64,000 bases of DNA from Tubiluchus corallicola (taxonomy: Eukaryota; Animalia; Priapulida), in the NCBI GenBank assembly GCA_030141605.1, contig JAQGDQ010000091.1, positions 124,001-188,000 on the forward strand, in the 5' to 3' direction. This document shows positions 62,151 to 64,000 of this stretch, in pieces; the first letter of the stretch is position 1; every line of letters begins with the position of its first letter. Both the position numbers and the translations under genes were made by a program. The notes beneath the pieces are model-generated. The model saw only the letters and a program-made list of their open reading frames with translations, did not search any database and was not told the DNA's origin.

Positions 62151-63352
62151 ATTGAAATTCTTTCAAAGTTTACCCGAATACAATTTAAACCAAATAACAA
62201 ATATGTAAATTAGAAACATAGTCAGGTAACACGACATAATGCACTGAATACGCCAGCTAGAAGTATTTTAGTATATTGGACCTTTCAGAATACGCTATAC
62301 TACAGTTCATAAAGGTTTTGACTGAACTCTGTATAAATAAGAGTGTTCCAAATTTTGCAAGGGCAAATTTGGATACCGCTCAGCTAAACGAAGTTGTGTA
62401 TGTTTGAAAAAATTTTAAAGTCAAATTGTTCTGTGCGAGCTAAATTAACTATGACGAGTTTCATCAAAATTTAATCGTTCTAGTAGAAAATATACTACAA
62501 ACCTCGTTGGTCTTACAAAACGTCAAGCGTACTGAAAAACAGAAATACTGAAAATTATGGAAAAGTGCTAATGTTATCAAACAATCTAATAAATGCTTAC
62601 AGCACCCCCGGCATTTCTAGTACCTTGACTTTTAAAGATTGCAGGCTTCATCTATTAGGCGGTAGACTGTCAAAAGCTGAAAAATGTAAGTAATTAACTG
62701 GAACATATATCCGCAGTAAAAACAGAGTTCATTTAAATTTTGATCACAAAAAACAAAACATTGGGCAAAGTGCCATTAGATAAACCTGCAAAAATAAAAA
62801 TAGTTCTTTATGACCGTGTATTTCGGCACTACTTTGATTGCAAGGAAATTGGGGGGGGGGAGGGGGAGGGGGAGGCCTGTTAGCTTTTACAATCAAATAA
62901 TCAAACAACACAATCATTAACAAGTCACGAGGAATTATATTATATTACTATACAAGCATGTACAATCACAGAATCAAATAACACAATTATTAACAATACT
63001 AAAATACCACTATACTAAAACACAGCGGAACAATTAGTCTGGCTAGTCTACAGTTCAAGGTAGACCTGTCTTACACAGTTTAAATACAGAAAACTAAACA
63101 CTATTAATGTAAAAGGTCATTAAGAGCAGATACGTACATGAAGATTAGAGGGAAGTTTAAGCTATTTCAATGTTATAACAAGCCTAAAACGGAGTAAATG
63201 AGATGAAAAAACTATGAAAGAGAGATTAACAAGAAGACAAACGATGTAATATTTAATTAAAGGGGAAATTAATACCAGATGTATTAAAGTTCTTGCACAC
63301 TACAAATCAAGTTAAATTTAAGTTTATGTTAAGGCTGTCAAACGGTAAGCAA

Positions 63353-63640
63353 TTATGAAACGGACTTCGCGACATTAGCTTTTGAGCCATTCAATTCGAT
63401 TTTATCAAGATAGTACGATTCTCTCGTTTTACGAATCACAGACGTTACAATATTCCGTAAGAGTCTGAACTGCATCCAGTAGTAGGGAGTTCCATTAGTT
63501 CTGGCCTTATTATGGTGATAGTCTCTCATTTTCATAAAAGAAATAATGTCATTAGTGATCCAAGGTTGATGTGCTCCTTTAAGTTTTCTTGTAATAAGCA
63601 AGGCATATTTGTTGAGGAAAAATGCCTTTAAAATTAGCCC
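63353..63640 (-). mobile_element. L2/CR1-group LINE ORF2 fragment (region between EN and RT)
   Basis: QPWITNDIISFMKMRDYHHNKAR..YWMQFRLLRNIVTSVIRKTRESYY. Confidence 0.75.
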
Positions 63641-64000
63641 AGCATTCGTGAACATTGTCACATAAAAGAAAATTTTTCTAGTTTGCTTTTCGTATATCAC
63701 TGAGGAAAGCGTTTTCATCAAAATTTTTATCGCAGCGGAAAGTTCTGATAACCGGCATAGCTTTAGATACAGAGATTTGTTTCTTATGCCATGACCCTCA
63801 TGGTGATCACTGAGCCCTATTGAAATGACACTAGACTTACAAATACGATCTTGATACTAACATATAGTCAATTAGGGTGTTTGTTTTAGATGTTTTACGA
63901 GGTGTGTCTGAAATGGACTTGGACTGTTCTAGAAATTTTGCTAGCAACATCTGGTTTCTTGCGATCAAAATTTAAATCACCAATAATAATTAGCTCACTA

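Overview
AT-rich, intron-containing animal (invertebrate-like) genomic DNA. Five protein-coding host genes can be reconstructed by hand from splice sites: PPOX (+, 10 coding exons), a LicD/fukutin-family type II membrane protein (-, GC-AG intron, catalytic aspartates lost), IMPACT (-), an APEX1 with no coding introns (+), and a methionine sulfoxide reductase A (+). The MsrA is a selenoprotein: its catalytic GCFW motif is encoded as GGA-TGA-TTT-TGG. It has a canonical SECIS in the 3' UTR and a 13-bp SRE-like hairpin 8 nt after the UGA. The window also holds a very young 7.8-kb Gmr1-type Ty3/Gypsy LTR retrotransposon with 1409-bp near-identical LTRs, a 5-bp TSD, a tRNA-Leu PBS, a SCAN-like capsid and PR-INT-RT domain order. 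Its intact ORF stops before RNase H. The rest is MITEs (pogo, hAT, Kolobok-like), LINE fragments, tandem duplications, microsatellites and two decayed ribozyme-like motifs. All calls were made by eye; no database searches were run.
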